A stretch of 64,000 bases of DNA from Daphnia carinata (taxonomy: Eukaryota), in assembly GCF_022539665.2 (NCBI RefSeq), contig NC_081333.1:6386001-6450000 (forward strand), read 5' to 3'. Below, in pieces: positions 42,201 to 57,200 of the stretch; within the stretch, counting starts at the first letter, position 1; each line of letters opens with the position of its first letter. The notes below the pieces were generated by a model that saw only the letters and a program-made list of their open reading frames with translations, was not told where the DNA came from and ran no database searches. A program made the translations under genes and the position numbers.

Positions 42201-45200
42201 ACAATAAACCGGGGTTTCTGAGCCTGTGCCGGACAGTAATAGTCGCTACACTTTTGTCTTAAAATTAGGGACATAAGACATCCATCAGAATCTCACGGAT
42301 GTAAAATAACCCCTGCGCTGCTGTAATTATTTGGTTTAACCCACTATTATGGTCGGTTTAAATGCAACTAGCAAAAAACAACCAAATAAATAAAATAAAA
42401 ATGAAATAAATAAATAAATCTTCGAACAGCTCGAAAACTCAAATGTGAAATACTACTTAGCGTTTCAAATATTTATAACATTAAGCTTATTTTCTTAAAA
42501 TCATTTCCATCACCCTTAGGTAACTATTATCTATCACACATAGCCCTTGCATTATTGTCAGATGCAGTGGGCGCAATTCGGACAGTTGCCTTACGCTTGC
42601 AAAATGCATAGTACATTCACGTACAAAATTTGTCAGCTACTACCGTATCGATATCACTTCGTTTTAACTTGACCATTTTTGAAAAGTTGCATCCGCCATT
42701 GGAAATAAAAGCAAACTCGTATGATGATTATATTTGAATGCCGACTCTTTGGGCAGACACTACTTCGATAGCAAAGGCTACAACGAGAAGCGGAAACTAG
42801 AAAGAGCAGTAAAGAAATGGAAAAGGGAAAATATATTTTGTCCCTGGAGGGGTAGACCATAGGTAATGTTGTGTGTAATTATACGATACATCCTTGAAAG
42901 CTTTAAGACTTCCCATGAGCCATCCACCTGCTTCCCACTCTGACATTCTTTTTCAAAACAAACGTGTATTCAAGAAACGTTACTCAATTTACCTAATCAA
43001 ACGTTCAATTTCTGGGAGGTTCTGTAATCTCTTGAAAGTCATCATGTTCTCGTCACAGTACAGTTTGAGTTTATACTGGAAGCAATTACAGTGTTGTACC
43101 TTACCGAAACGGTTTATCAGATAACTGGTTAGAAAATTTTTTTTATAGCAACCTAGTCGGTGTTGCGATACAGGTTACTTTGCCTAACAAAACGAATTAT
43201 TTAGAAAATACTGTCTCAAATCTCATACAGAAAACGTGGAAACCGCTGACTTTGGAAAATGTAACTATGCAAAATACTAATTTGTTTAAAATAAAATGCA
43301 ACTAGAGCTGGGGGTTGTGAGCGTCTTGATTACTGAATTTTAGTCAAATGCTTTCTTTAGGATTTCATGCCACCATAACCTGAAATAATGATTGTACCTT
43401 AAGGAGCCTGATCATATTTGCAGACATCAATATGCAGCTTTTTGTAGAAGGGCTTCAGCCATCAGGTTTGCATTCCACACTTCCTGACTGATAGGTATAG
43501 CTATTGCAATTCTAAATTATTTGCGAAAAAGAAATTAACCTGAAAAAAGAGAGGGAATGCACGAATACAAAACTGAACGGGTGAAATCAAGATGAAAATA
43601 CAATCATTCCCCTGGCTAGCATGGGTTGCATAGTAGATGTTATACATTTAAAATTCGACTTCCTGTGGCCAGAAATCTAGCGCAGCTTTTACGCCAGAAG
43701 GCACGTCCTCAGGGAAACTATCTTGATTTCACGACGGGCTCCATAAGACAATCAAAGGCAACAAAATCACGGATGGTTTAAGGCAATAGTCTACCTAATG
43801 TAGTTCAAGGGAAATGTAACGTAAATTGCATCGTTGCAGTTTACTGTCTTTCAGCGACAGGACTACACATGATCACACACACAAAAAGATTTTTCGTCAA
43901 ACATATATTTATAATTCTCGTTTTCATAAAATAAAAACAAAACTATCACTCAACATAATTTAGCAATAGCGTCTGAATTCACAAGCCAATTTGCTTTGCG
44001 CGAATTACTCTCCGGGGAAAGGATAAAGATTTTGCTAATTTCCAACGAGCACATATTACGGCGGTGGTGGAGAGGGCGGGGGAGGGGAGCGAGAGGCCGA
44101 AGGCTTGTGAAATCATTTTGCGAGCATAGAGCTGGGGGGACGGTTTTTTGTAAAAACCCATGACGAAGATACGCGAACATAATAAACAATAGGTAAAACT
44201 ATAAGACAAAGACTCAATGTATGTCCACATGGACATAAACTGGACACTAATATGTATGTATATATATATATATATTTACAAAACAACTGTTTTAGTACCT
44301 TGCATGCTGAAGCAGGATAAGTTTTTTTTGCAGTTGATCATGCTGATGTTTAATTTCAGTAAGCTTAGGTTCTTACTTCTAACAGTGCGTGGGTGGTTTA
44401 AAAATTGTGATTTGGCTAACGTCGGATAACTTCTCGGACTTGACATCGTTTTTTATTGTGAATGTTAGCCGTGCCAAAAAGAAAATTTATTGGGGACAAC
44501 AAAACGGATAACAATATTTTGTTCTTAGGGGTGGGAGGAGATAGACAGAGGCATAAGGCCTGGTTCGAAATGTCTTGAGAATAGTTTTGACAGCTCTCAC
44601 GATCGCATAAAATTACACGCAAGCCCGGAACTGATGACGCTGATAATCACTTCTAATGATCGCTATTAGTCTCTTAATTTCCCATCTAATCTAACGGGGT
44701 ACGAAACGAACCATAATGAAAGCCCTGGTAAAAGCTCTTTTAGTCATAATCGGAGATTCAGAAAGATGCTTGGGAAATTAAAAGTCTCTTTTTCCCGTGA
44801 TGAAGTCGTAGTGGCATCAAATAATTTTTTTATGACTATTAATGATGATGTAAAAGGATTCTGAAAAGTTTGCTTTCGGAAATGGGCGTCCATTATATTT
44901 GCCGAGTGATTGTTTCGTCGTTGTTTTTCTGGATAATGGAGGCCAAAGAAGGGAAGAGGAAATGGAAATTGAGTTTCCCGGTCGTCGAATTAGGAAAAGG
45001 TGCTGATCGCATTAAAATGAGGGGCGGCTGGCCACACGCAAATTAGAGAGCGTCGGGAAAAAAACATGGCCGCTCGCTCTGTTTGGCACAGGCGTCTATG
45101 CTTCTGCCATCTCATTGCGTATGCATGTTCCTGTCGAACTATTTTTTATCCTCACAGCTAGCTCTTCCCAGTCTTTGTCTTATTCATTTCAAGTAACTGT

Positions 45201-47483
45201 AGTTTCGGACGTTTTCTACTTCTGGATACATGACGGTGCTTGATGATGAAGAGAACCGACCACCGATGATGAGCCAGAGCGTAATCCATCAAAGTGGCTT
45301 CTAGCTAATCAGCGGTTACCATCAGTACTTAGGGAATTACCGGTGTACTGTACCTGTACGTTTGAAGAAAATGAGGCGATGGAAAACTGAAAAAATAAAA
45401 AAAAAAATAAAAAATGATAAAAAAAAATATAAATAAATAAAGAAAAATAAATAAAAGAACTAGAAACCTAGAACATATATGACGCTTATGGGGACATACA
45501 CTGTTGGTATGAAACCTTCTGTCGTCACCTAATTTATAGCGTTTTCGGATGCGGTTATTGGGCCCTAATTCTACAAGTATAAGCTCCTTTTCTTCAAAAT
45601 TTTAGTTGTTGGGATTAGCTGCACTAGGAAAAACAAAATATGAAAAGAGAAATAGTTTCTGATCACGGTAATCTATGTTACTGTCCAATATCTTTAAATT
45701 TAGAATTCAACTAATAAAACGCTTTCTAAGCTATATATTCCGAACGCAGTAGCTCTAAGGTAGTCACAACTGTGACATAGCACTTGCCACTCAGTACACC
45801 TGTGTCAATAGACGCACCGTGCTTTGTGCATGAATCAACTGAAGCTTTTCGTGATGTTTTTCCCAAAAAATAATACAGAAAAAAACAGCGGTGTTTACAT
45901 TTTTCTCCGTAACAAACTTCCTGGAACTATGCTCGGATAAAGGCACAGCTGATAACATTATCCATTTTTTTCAATGAGCCCATTAAATTGCACAAATTTG
46001 AAGAATCTAAAGTAGTTTCACGCAGCAGAAATTGCTGCAAAGATTGTTCCATACTACTTGTGGTGGACTACTATCAAATACACAGAAACCGAAAGACAGC
46101 CACAGGATACTAGGCTAGTTATCTAAGAACTTCGATTTTAAGTGTTACTTATCATTTCAGTAAACGCACATGGAGCTGAACAATCCAACTAACAAGAATT
46201 ATACAGTAGGGCGAAATATGAGCATTGACTGATTGACAGAGTATAGTACATTCGTACCAAGTGCATGACATGACTGCCGGGCCAAGAATGCCTTATTCGA
46301 AAAAAAAAAGACAGGTGGTCAACCGTGAGATCTATTCTAGAGCAGTCAGCGTTACACGGAAGTACGGAATATAAGGAGAAATGGGGGAGAATGTCTATGG
46401 CTTATACTGTATTTCATACGTTTGTCAATAATTGATCACATTTAATCCACATCCAGCAAAGCGTGTCTGAGTTCGGCACGGCACAGCAAAGGAACGGGCA
46501 CTCGTCCAAATTTGGCAACTCAAATAAACCAAAGTTTCAAATAAAAGTAAATAAAATGCGGAAAAATGGACGGATGGATATAGAAACGACGCAAACCGAA
46601 AATTTTCCATATTTTTGAGACAAAATGAGATTTTTTGAACATAAGCGTTAACTTCCTTGTACGTAAACGAAGGGACTAAGATTGCAAAATGGAAGCTGGG
46701 ATTTGCAACTGTTGCATAAATAAACGAGACATTTTGAATTTCCCGCGCTTAGTTTGCATCACCTGTCCATACTTTGACCTTAGTAACTAACTTCAGCCAA
46801 GTAGCTTATATATCGAAAAACAAAACGAAAGCTGTTTCTAAGTAGTGTTTCACCTGCTCTTACTTATATTTACACTTACAAAGTAAGCCATATGAATTCT
46901 AATGTTACTGCCATAAATGGCAAAACCATGATCTTTTTTTGCGTGAAATTTTTTTAATCATTTTCATTTCCTGGGTTTCTTTTTTTGTGTTGCGCGAATA
47001 TTTTACAATTTTCTATAGCGAGGTCGAAGTAGCGTCCTTAAAAAAATTGAAACATTTTTTCACAAGAATCATCGCGAGTAAAAGTTGAAAAAGAAACGTA
47101 TACAGGCAAGAGGAGAAAAGATCACGACGAAACAGCTAGAGAAAAATTTGAATTCGGACAAAGGTTTCGCTAACAGACTCCTTATGGGAAATGTGTGTAT
47201 AGCCGATCTACTTAATTCGTACACAATTTCTAATTCTCCTAAAATTTTTGCTAATTCTCGACAGTTATAGCTTTAAAAGCTTGTTGAGTCATTCGGTTCC
47301 TTTTTTTATTCTTAATCGAATTGCGGAAGACAACAAACGGGATGTAATGAGAAAAAACCAAGAAAAGAATGACTAAAAATAACCACAACAATGATTTATC
47401 AAAACGAAATGTCGTCTGTTCAAACCCAAATGACAAAAGATCGAAACTCTTCCAAAACACAAAATTTTATTAACATAATATAA

Positions 47484-48500
47484 CTAGTTACTTTAGGCCC
47501 GTCCAGAGGCGGGGAATGGAGGAGCGCTAGCGTATCTTAATCTCTTTTTTTTTCTTAATTTTATTCTGCCAATCGCCATTATTTTGCCCTTCTAATCTTA
47601 AGTCTTTTTTCACATTAAAACACCTCGTTTCTTTGCCCGCAGACTCTGTCACTGTCTCTGCCCGTCAAATGATTGTTGTAGCTAACCGTTACCTCACCCT
47701 TTGCCTCGGCTTGTCTAATCCCTCGCACTATCTGTCAGCCGATATGATTTATAGAGATATGATAAACGATTTATAGGGAAGGGGTAGTTAAAAAAAATGA
47801 AATTTCGTACAATTATTATTATTATTTTATTTACTGTTCCACTAGAATTTAAAAATTCACCCTCTCTGCCCGGTCGACTCAAACTTTTGTCGCCAAAACG
47901 CCCGCAGTATTGGCTTGTGGACGATTACATTGCTTTTGCCCATCCTCCCTCTCAAGTCTCTGGCTGTCGACCCAATCACTGCCTGTGATAATATTCGTTG
48001 TTGTGGACCATCGACTCTTTTGGTGCCTCTGCCCGTTGGCCCTTTCATTGCCTCTGCCCGGCCTCCCCTTCACAGTTTCTTCCCACCAAAACGCCCGCTG
48101 TAAATGTACGTTAATCCTTACATTGTTTCTTCCCGACCACCCCCTTACAGTCCACTCTGCCCACCAAAAAGGCTGCTGTAGTTGCCCATCGAGCCACACT
48201 CTTTATCCGTCACAATGCCCGCTATAGTGGCCCCTGTTTTTATTGCATTTGCCCATCTTTTTCTAGTAGACCCGTCAAAGCGCCCGCTATAGTTGCCCGT
48301 CGAACAATTTTTTGCTTCTACCCGTCCGCCCTCTCGAATCCCGGCCGGTCAACCCACTCTCCCCGCCAAGAACCCGCTGTAGCTGCGTCGACAGCCTCTC
48401 TGCCAGTCGATCCATTCCGCCCGCAAAACGCTTGTTGTTGTGGCCCATCGATCTTTTTTCGCATTTGCCCGCCTTTTTGTCACAACCTCTTCCCGTCAAA
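47484..48500 (-). mobile_element. Degenerate, 5'-truncated Helitron, family 1 copy C
   Basis: A|CTAGTTACTTTAGGCCCGTCCAGAGGCGGGGAAT...GCGCTAGCGTA matches the 3' ends of copies A and B, followed by decayed TGCCCGTC repeats. No TATAGA end found, so the right boundary is approximate. Confidence 0.7.
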
Positions 48501-50217
48501 AGGTGAGCTCGTGATTTTCAAAATGACTTAAGGGCAGACGGGCAAAAAAATGACGTGGATCCATTTTTTTTTTAAAAGCTCGCTGTAATAATTGAGATCG
48601 AGTGAGATTTTGTAGGATTCTCGAGATTAGGAGAATCTGACGACTCTGTGGGATTTTTGAGGATTCTAAAAGATTTTAGAAGATTCTGCGCGAGGTGTAC
48701 GTCGTGGTGTAGCGATTCGCGTCGTTTCTTTTACCTTTATGATTTTTCTACTTAATAGTTTTGCCCAGAGATAAGGAAATGGGACACGGAATAGGGAAAG
48801 CCGCCATTTAACGTTTCGGCACACCATCTAGTAGCTAATTCCCTCATTCTTCATAAGCAGACAAATATTTGAATTTTCTGATGTTACTCTGCCTACTGCT
48901 GGCTTACTGTGGGTGTTTGTGGTTTGCGTCAGTTAAATGTGAAATTCTGAAATAACGTCAACTCTCCCTATGGCTCTAGGAAGGAGTGTTTTACTCGTTT
49001 ATGTTGTCAATTTCGCAAAGAGACGTTTTCCTTCTCTTCAATGACGTTGACGCGTACCTCTCTCATCAAAAACTTTGTACTCTTAGGATTGTCATTAGTT
49101 TAGAGCCGTTTAAACTGTCTCAAGAAGCCGTTGTCTATCAACAAATCGATCGTATTTCCTTGTTGTTGCAGTTTTCTTTATTGTCACATAAATGGGCATG
49201 GACTGGAAAAAGAACATTCACACAAATGGACACTTAATATTTACACACGATACACGCGAAGGTAATCAGTTTTTATTTCAAAGCCTTCTCTTAACGTCCT
49301 GACAGATGTCGGACCAAATCCCGATAATTATACATAGCTTAATTTTTTATCAAATTAAAATTCAAGATAGCGTAAGAGCAGTAGGGAAACACGAGCGAAA
49401 TTAGCCTCTAAGAATTCGAACTGCTGGAATGGTAGCAAAATATTGGATTTGGACGACATCTTTCATATGATTCTTGGTGAATGAAACATTTGAACGAAAC
49501 ATTGCTGATATTGCTTAGAATTGCTGCGTATAGGCTAAAACCACTTGACGGTAATGTACGTAAAAATGATAGTAGTAAAAAAAATTTCCCAGACAGTAGA
49601 CGCCAAAACGCAGCCCTAAAGTCGCTTTCAATTCGATCTGAACCCTAGGAGTAGAAATCTAAAGTTCACAATGGGAAAAAACATGCCTGGAAATAAAATG
49701 TTATTTAACGGACCAGATAATACTGTGACGATGAAACCGGGAATAGAGGAAGTAAGGCGATCACTTACGAGTTATATGCCTCAACAACATCGTAACTCTA
49801 TTTTCCTTAAAATTTGTTATACCTGCGGATGGCAGCAACTTCTACTTCCTTAGCAGCAGACATCAAGGTGCGCGCTTTAGGTGCTTACGTGCACCCTAGT
49901 CATAAAAAAGCGCGGCAAAGGTGGGAGAGATAGTAAGATATAAGATAAAAAATTCAGGTGAATTTTTTTTGCCACCCCCATATCCTAGGGCTAAGCCGCG
50001 GGTAGGGACATTACATGCGTGCGATTTTAGGGGTGATCGAATATTTTATGTCTATGATTTATTTCATAGAATCCTGAACGGATTTTACATTAAAAAATTG
50101 CAGATAAAGAGCATTCCTTTATCTTTCGAACGGAAAAAAATCCGATAATTTTGCGTCCAATACTTCTATACAAAAAAAATTCCGGCGTGAGACACCGTAG
50201 GGCCTATCCTACGCGTG

Positions 50218-50440
50218 TTAAAACAGCAAAATTGGACGGGGATGATCAAATTCTTCTGGTGGCGACTGTATGCGAGTCAGTCTTTCCTTCAATAACGTTG
50301 TAACGGGTAACGTACATCTAATTAACATATCTATCTGGTTTAGGAAAATATCTAGACGTTGTATAAGGGGTTTCATCACCCGTACAAATTCTTTTAAAAA
50401 CTCAACAGCGGTCAGCACAGGGATTTGGAAATAGTCGAAC
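50218..50440 (-). pseudogene. Probable hAT-type transposase fragment
   Basis: EFLKEFVRVMKPLIQRLDIF...TLPVTTLLKERL resembles the helical segment (E[YF]..VM.P....LD.LQ......LP....L...L) of hAT transposases. Short and isolated. Confidence 0.5.
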
Positions 50441-50858
50441 TTCTAGCGTTGTTTATTATTGTGTTCTCTACCTTCTTCTACTCCATTGGAAACTGGCGAA
50501 TATCCTCTCTCAAAGTTAAATGTTTCTAGTTTCCTCCTCCACATGATGCTCCAAGATCTCACCGATTTAGATATACACAACATCGTCCTCCTCTTCTTCA
50601 TCCAAAATACAAAGTATAAACAAAAAAGGCATGCATTTTTTTTATTTTGAAGGCAAAATGTCAGGCAGTTGCCGAGATTTTTTAAGTTTTTTTGCTGCAA
50701 GCAAAATGAAGAAGATGGAAATTTTGAGAAGACCAAAGAAAGGTAAACATTATTAGATTCGTTACCTTTCCCCCACCTGATATTTGTTTCTCAAATTTTA
50801 CATTTTCCAATTTTCTCGCAACAAAAAAACTTGAAAACCATGACAACCATCTCAAATT

Positions 50859-53211
50859 CAGTGCCGTTCCACTTATCGAACCACCCACTTATCGTACCAA
50901 ACCGGTTGTCGTACCGAGGTCAGGCTCGCACACTGAGTAGGGGGGTGAGCGCCACTAGTGTGGATTTAATGAAGCAGTTTTTAGAACCGGGGCGCGTGAA
51001 GAGCGGTCTGTACGAAGATGTCCCTTCATTTTCAGGGAGTTTAAATTTCATCGGAATGCTGTAGTTAACAGCTTGTTAGGATGAGTTCGATGTTACCTTT
51101 ATATGATGAGTCAGGTACCCCGGCCTGCAATGATGAGTCAGAAGTTTCCCTCAGTTTCTTCTTAGCTTTTATTTAGGAAAGATCTATTTTAGTTTAGCTG
51201 TAGTATGGAAAAAATAGTTCGCACGCCGGTGCAATTCAAACTCGCGGAATGTGGCAAATTCAAATGGAAGGAAAAATAGGGATGTCTTGACGCTAGAAGA
51301 AAAACTTGAAGTTGTAGAGCAGCTAGGAAATGGATTGAGTGAGCTTGCTGTGGCGAAAATGTTTCACGCTCGCAGATTCATCGTATCAGTGAAAGACGAA
51401 GTGAAGTGAAAATTAGATGATACAGCGATTTAGATGATGCAGTTTTTGAATGGTTTAGTAGATGAGTAAACCATCAAAGTGTAGCAAACCATTGCCCGTA
51501 TCCCGCAGTATTATTTTAGCTCGCGCTTTACATGGCGCAAACCGCCTTGATTGGATAAGTTTAACGCTTCAAATGAATGGTTTCGTAATAGGAAAAGACG
51601 CTTCAGCATTGGAAATAGCGTGCGCCTTGTCGGTGAAGCAGGCGAAGTGGATATTGCACAAGTGGAGCAGGAAATCCAGGTCTTACGTGGCAAACTAGGT
51701 AAGTATACAACTGAGAATATATTCAATTGTGACGAAACATCTAGCTACTATAGTGCGCTACCGTTCCTTAGTTACGTTTCACCAGATGAAAATTGCCGTA
51801 CTATAAGAGGAACCAAAGAGCTGAAAGCCAAAGATAGAATAACTGTGATGCTTTGTGTGAATGCCACCGGATGCTGTAAAATCCCACCATTTGTGATAGG
51901 TTCCTCAAAGTCACCTCACTGTTTTAGAGGCAGTCTTTCGCCGATTCCATATAAGGGCAGGCTAATGCTTGGATGGACAGGGAACTTTTCAGATATTGGT
52001 TTTTAGATGTATTTTTACCCGTTGTGAGACAGAGGACTGCGGAGCCAGTACCTATTTTTATGGACAATTGTGACGGTCATGACAAAACTTGTGTCGACCC
52101 AGACTAAGTTCAGATTTTTTTCCTTCCCCCAAATGTCACTTCGGTCTACCAGTCTCTTGATCAGGGTATTATAGCTTCCTGAACTGTACTGGATGCTTGC
52201 CAATTAATCAAATTTTGCTGGGATATGGTTTCAAACACCACTATATTCGATTGCTGGAGGCATTCGAAACTACTACCACATGAGCAGTTCCCCAGGTTAA
52301 GCGAAACCATACCTCTAGATGTTGTTGGGAACACTTCCGACTTCTCATGCGACTTGTTACTCTCCTTGCAAATTACATCTGAAAAAAATGCTGAGTTAGC
52401 CGATGTAATAGAGAAGGCAAAGAAAGATGATTGCGCTATTCAAATTCAACGCTGGCTTGATTGTGAATCAGATCCGGCAGTTATTACGGCAGAAGATTCT
52501 GAACTTTCAAATGAAATTTCACAGCAATGTGATTCGGCATGCTCTTCCAACCAGTCAAACGAAGTATCACTGATGGACGTTTGCGAGAGCGTTGCTACTA
52601 GTTCTAGTCCTAACAATCTAGCTCATGAAGTGCTCTTGAAAAAGAAGCTGCTTAAATATGCATGCGCTGCGGTAGATGCAAGAATATCCGATCCTACATT
52701 ATATGACTTAGTTTCAAAAATCAAAGAACATTTGTCTTAAGTAAATGCGTACGTCAAACATTATAATTTGTCAATGTTGATAAGGTTAATTTTTCTTTAA
52801 ACAATTTTACGTTATTCTGTTCTGTCGCTTACGTTTGATGTGTGTTTAAAGTAAATGTTTCAAATGTAGATTTTTTTACTCGTTCTATACTAGTAAACAT
52901 TTCGCGTGTACATTCATGCGTACATTTCAAATGTATTTTTACTTTATCTGTAATTTGTTTGTTACCAAGAATTTTGCGACACAGCTAATAAACTTAGGTT
53001 ATATACTATTATTCGTTCCTGTAAGTTAATTCAATTTATTATAAAGCTTATCTAGTTCAGTGAGTACAGAGAACCAGTCGATACAAGCAGAGCATTAGAC
53101 AGTATTACGAATGAGCGCGACGAGATAGCGCTGACCGCAGTCGAGCCGCTTTCCGGACCATCCGCTTATCGGACTACTGCACAGGGTGGTCCGATAAGTG
53201 GAGCCGTACTG
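50859..53211 (+). mobile_element. Decayed pogo/Tigger-family (Tc1-mariner superfamily) DNA transposon
   Basis: Imperfect 28-bp TIRs, 24/28 identical: CAGTGCCGTTCCACTTATCGAACCACCC at 50859 and GGGTGGTCCGATAAGTGGAGCCGTACTG ending at 53211. Encloses a broken transposase. Flanks read TT rather than the expected TA. Confidence 0.85.
51251..52740 (+). pseudogene. CENP-B/pogo-type DDE_1 transposase pseudogene
   Basis: Frameshifted pieces: RDVLTLEEKLEVVEQL (first HTH); YSDLDDAVFEWF, PVSRSIILARA, FNASNEWFRNRKRRFSI (second HTH); IFNCDETS, DRITVMLCVNATG..KIPPFVIG, AWMDRELF, MDNCDGH, LPPNVTSVYQSLDQGII (catalytic core). Stops and frameshifts lie between the pieces. Confidence 0.88.
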
Positions 53212-54150
53212 TTGTGCAATGTCAAAATAAATTTTAAAAAATGGATATAGACTAGTTGCGACTAGAGAAAAGTGGAAGTGGCTAGATTAAGTGACTAGAA
53301 TAGATGTGCAAGCGATGAATATTTAAAATGGATCGTGCTAATCAACATAAAAATGTAAGTGATGCGCAACGCGATGAAATAATTGGATATCTAGAACCGG
53401 GCTTTCACAAACGCAAATCGCTAATTTAGCCGGTTGCACACGATCAACCTTTCAAAAGTGGCAAACTTGCTTTTCCGAAGAAGAATTTGTAGAGAGGAAA
53501 AGGCGTTATTGCTTCCGTGGCCGCAAAGAAATGGAATTTCACGCAGTGTAACGTAAAAAATCGTTTAAGTTTTACGACGGACTATTAATAAGATCCCTTG
53601 TATTGGTCGAAGGTGGTTATTTCAGATGAAAAGACGTTTGAGTATTAACATTTTGAAAATTAATGTTAGATTATAGTGTCTTATGAATTAGTTATTGATT
53701 ATTCTATTAAGGTTTGCCGAGTGGGTAGAGTTTTTTTCTACCGAAAAAAAGGCATGAGATCTCAGCGAGGAACATATTCAGCCAATCAATTGGAATGGAC
53801 GAAAAATAGTTCCTGTTTGGGTTTGTTCGGTTTTAACTATCATTTTAAATTAATTGTTCCCTCACCCACAGTTCTGTTACATCTCAATCTACTATCTTTA
53901 TAAAAGCCAAAGGTCTATTTGTGGGAGGAGTTTGTTTGTGTATCTGTCTGTGTGTTTGTCCGAAAAACCTAACGGCGTGCGCACGCCGTCATTGGTTCGC
54001 GAGCAGTCACGTGTCGTTTTTCTACCTGCTAAAAGGTTCGACTACCTGAAAAAAGGTTTAAACTGCCTTTGGCAAGGCTTAACATTTTCTTTTCCTTTCG
54101 GTATCCCTTTTGCTATTGGTGGTGTTGACATCACGTGCTTTTTTCTACCT

Positions 54151-54230
54151 GGAAAAAGGTTCGACTACCTGAAAAAGGGTTCGACTACCTGAGAAAAGGT
54201 TCGACTACCTGGGAAAAGGTTCGACCTGCC
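54151..54230. repeat. 20-bp tandem repeat (GAAAAGGTTCGACTACCTG-like, about 4 units)
   Basis: Period-20 array, with further copies at about 54031-54050, 55224-55275 and 59179. Confidence 0.85.
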
Positions 54231-57200
54231 GCGGGGTAAGCTTAACCTTTTATTTCGTTTCCACTTTTCCCTTTAATTAGTCATTCCCAACCTTCGCATT
54301 CCGCATTTTAGCAATTCATTTCCACTATCATTGGCACATTGGCGTCAGACGAAAAACAGCCACCGTGATTTAAACAACAAACAACACAAAACTTTCTGCT
54401 GTGATATCTTAATTGGGGTAAGCGATTTAATAGAACACATTTATAAAAATCTGCATATCTGATTTGCAACCTAATTTTTACTTTACGATGAACAGGTTTT
54501 AATTTATTGGACAGTAGTAGTGTGGTTTAGTGTGAGCTGGTTAATCTCAGCTCGCTCAAAAATAAAGCCATTTGATGTATTGCAGTGAAGAAATGTATTC
54601 CTTTCCTGCACATTTTAATAGGTAACATGATACATTCAAATATTTATGACTCATTTGCAGAAGTAAGTAGTTCATCACCCTCAAGTTATTTTGTTCAACT
54701 TTTCCAACAACGTCCAAGTGAAAGTGCTCTGCCTCCCTATTTTAATTCTATTTTTAAATGTATCGATGCTTCAGTTGACTAATTGGCTGCCTTTTACATT
54801 TACAGAAAGATAGTGGCTACAGCTGAAGATCACAGATTTTTTCGCTTACATCTGAGCAACTGAAAGCAATGTCACCTCATTGGTATACAACACTCGATAA
54901 CTAATGTTTAACATAAAGCTTAGCAAGACATGTATGACTTTAACCTTTCAATATTTATTTGTCAACAGGTACTTCAGGAAACCTGCAGGTATTAGCATAC
55001 AACAACAACAACCATCCATAACCACCAGTGTTGAACTTTGTTAACATTCCAAGTGAACAGGCTCTGAAATTCCATTTCAGTTCTTGTTCAACATGTGTTG
55101 ATGGTTAGGTAAGCAAATAGAGTATTGTTTCTGTTTACTAAAAGGCAGTGTGGCTTCTTCATAATTACACGAATTTTATCAAATTTGAAGCATTCCTTGA
55201 GCCGCATTAGTTTTATTTTATTTAGGTTCGACTACCTTCGAAAAGGTTCCGAATACCTGAGAAAAGTTCGACCTGCCGCCGGCTCGGCTTACCCTTTTGC
55301 CTTTTCCCGTTTTCCCTTTAATTAGTCATTCCAAACCACCGCATTTTTCTATCCGTTTCCACCATCGTTGACACATTGTCGTCAGACGAAATTGAGCCGA
55401 CATTCACCCAACTCATTGTACACAAAAACGTCCTGCTGTCATATTTTAACTGGGATAAGCTATTTCTTGTAACACATTTCTTTCAAACATTCTACATTTC
55501 TTATTTTTTAACGTGGTTTTCATTTGAACAGGTGATAATTTATGGACAATAGTATGGTTGAATGTCTCCCAGCTCGCCGAAAAGAAAGCCTCTGGATATA
55601 TATATTGCTGTGAAAAATTTTATCCTCTTCCTCCACATTTAAATAGGTAACATCTTACATTCAAATCAGCATGACTCACTTGCAGACGGTGGCGTTCAAC
55701 TATATTCATCACCCCCAAATTAACTGTGTTTAATTTTTTCAACCTCATACAGTTGAAAGGGCTCTGCATTTCTACCTCAAAGTTATTTTAAAATGTGTCT
55801 TTGACTAATTGGCTATTGCTTACATTCACAGAAAGACAATGGCTTCATCTGAAGATCACAAATTTCTTCCCGCTTACATCTGGTCAACTAAAAGCAATGT
55901 GAACCTCATAGGTGAACAGCACTCGGTAAGTTATATTTTATGTAATAAGCATAGCATGACATGTTTGATTTAAAGAATTCAATTTTTATTTCTCAACAGG
56001 TACCTCATCAAACCTGCAGATATTAGCATTCAACAAGAACCACCAGCCACAACATGCAGTATTTAACTTTGTCACCCTGTTCCAGTTGAACTGGCTCTGC
56101 ACCACCACTTCAGTTCTTATTCAACACGTGTTTATGTTTTGGTAAACAAATTGACCGTTGTTTACGTTTACAAAAAGACAGTTTGGCTTCAACTGAATTA
56201 CCCAAATTTTCAATATTTACAGGAAGTATTCTCTTACTTTCATTCTGCAAATTTCTCAGGCACATTTCATTTGCCACTTTGAAAGTGAACTACTACGCGA
56301 GGATGGGCTGCTGATCAATCAAAAGAAATACCAAACGCACAGGTATGAAGCATTCAACAAGTCAAGTTTTATTTAAAGCTTTCAGTGGTTATTTGTCAAC
56401 AAGGGCCCCATTGAAGCGGGCATTCGACAAATTCCACCACTCTAAACCAACGGCGTTAAACTTTTTCAACATCTTCCAGACGAAAGGGCTCTGCATATTC
56501 AGCTGTTAATAACTGACTAGGGTGACCAGTTTCTGTTAGCACATTTCTTTAGAACGCGTGTTCAACCTGGTATAATAACACTTTTAACCAAGTGATAATG
56601 GTTTTTCTTTCCGTCTGAGCAAACTAAACTCCTACTGAACTACAACGTATGTGAGATTCACCGGTTCAAAGCACTAAACCAGTCGTATACGACTTAAAGC
56701 TCTCGGGGTTTATTTGTCAACAGGTAGCTCATTCAAACATTCACGTTTAAAGTACTCAACAAGTAATACTCTCAGAATCCAGTTTTTTTCAACACCTTCC
56801 GGGTGAAAGGGCTTAGCATTTTTTGCTTCAGTTCTATTTTAACGTGCATTTATGTTTTTTTGCACTGCTTTGCTGTCTTAATTTACAAACAGACTGTGGC
56901 TTTATCCAAAAACCTCACATTTTCCCGTTTACAAGCATTCCGTTGAATTGCAATCTGCAAATTTAGCAGACACGCTTCATTTGCAACTCCGAGAGGGAAA
57001 AGCTAGGTTAGGATGGACTGCTGGTACACTAAAAGAAATATCATCCTTTTAAGTAGACAGCACTCGATAAGTAACGTTTGAAGTAAATCTTTCAATGTTT
57101 ATTTGTAATTAGATACCTCATCGATACGGGCAGATGTTGAGGTTCAACAAGTCCTACCACTCTTAACCTGTGGTGTGTAACTTTTCCCACACATTTCAGG

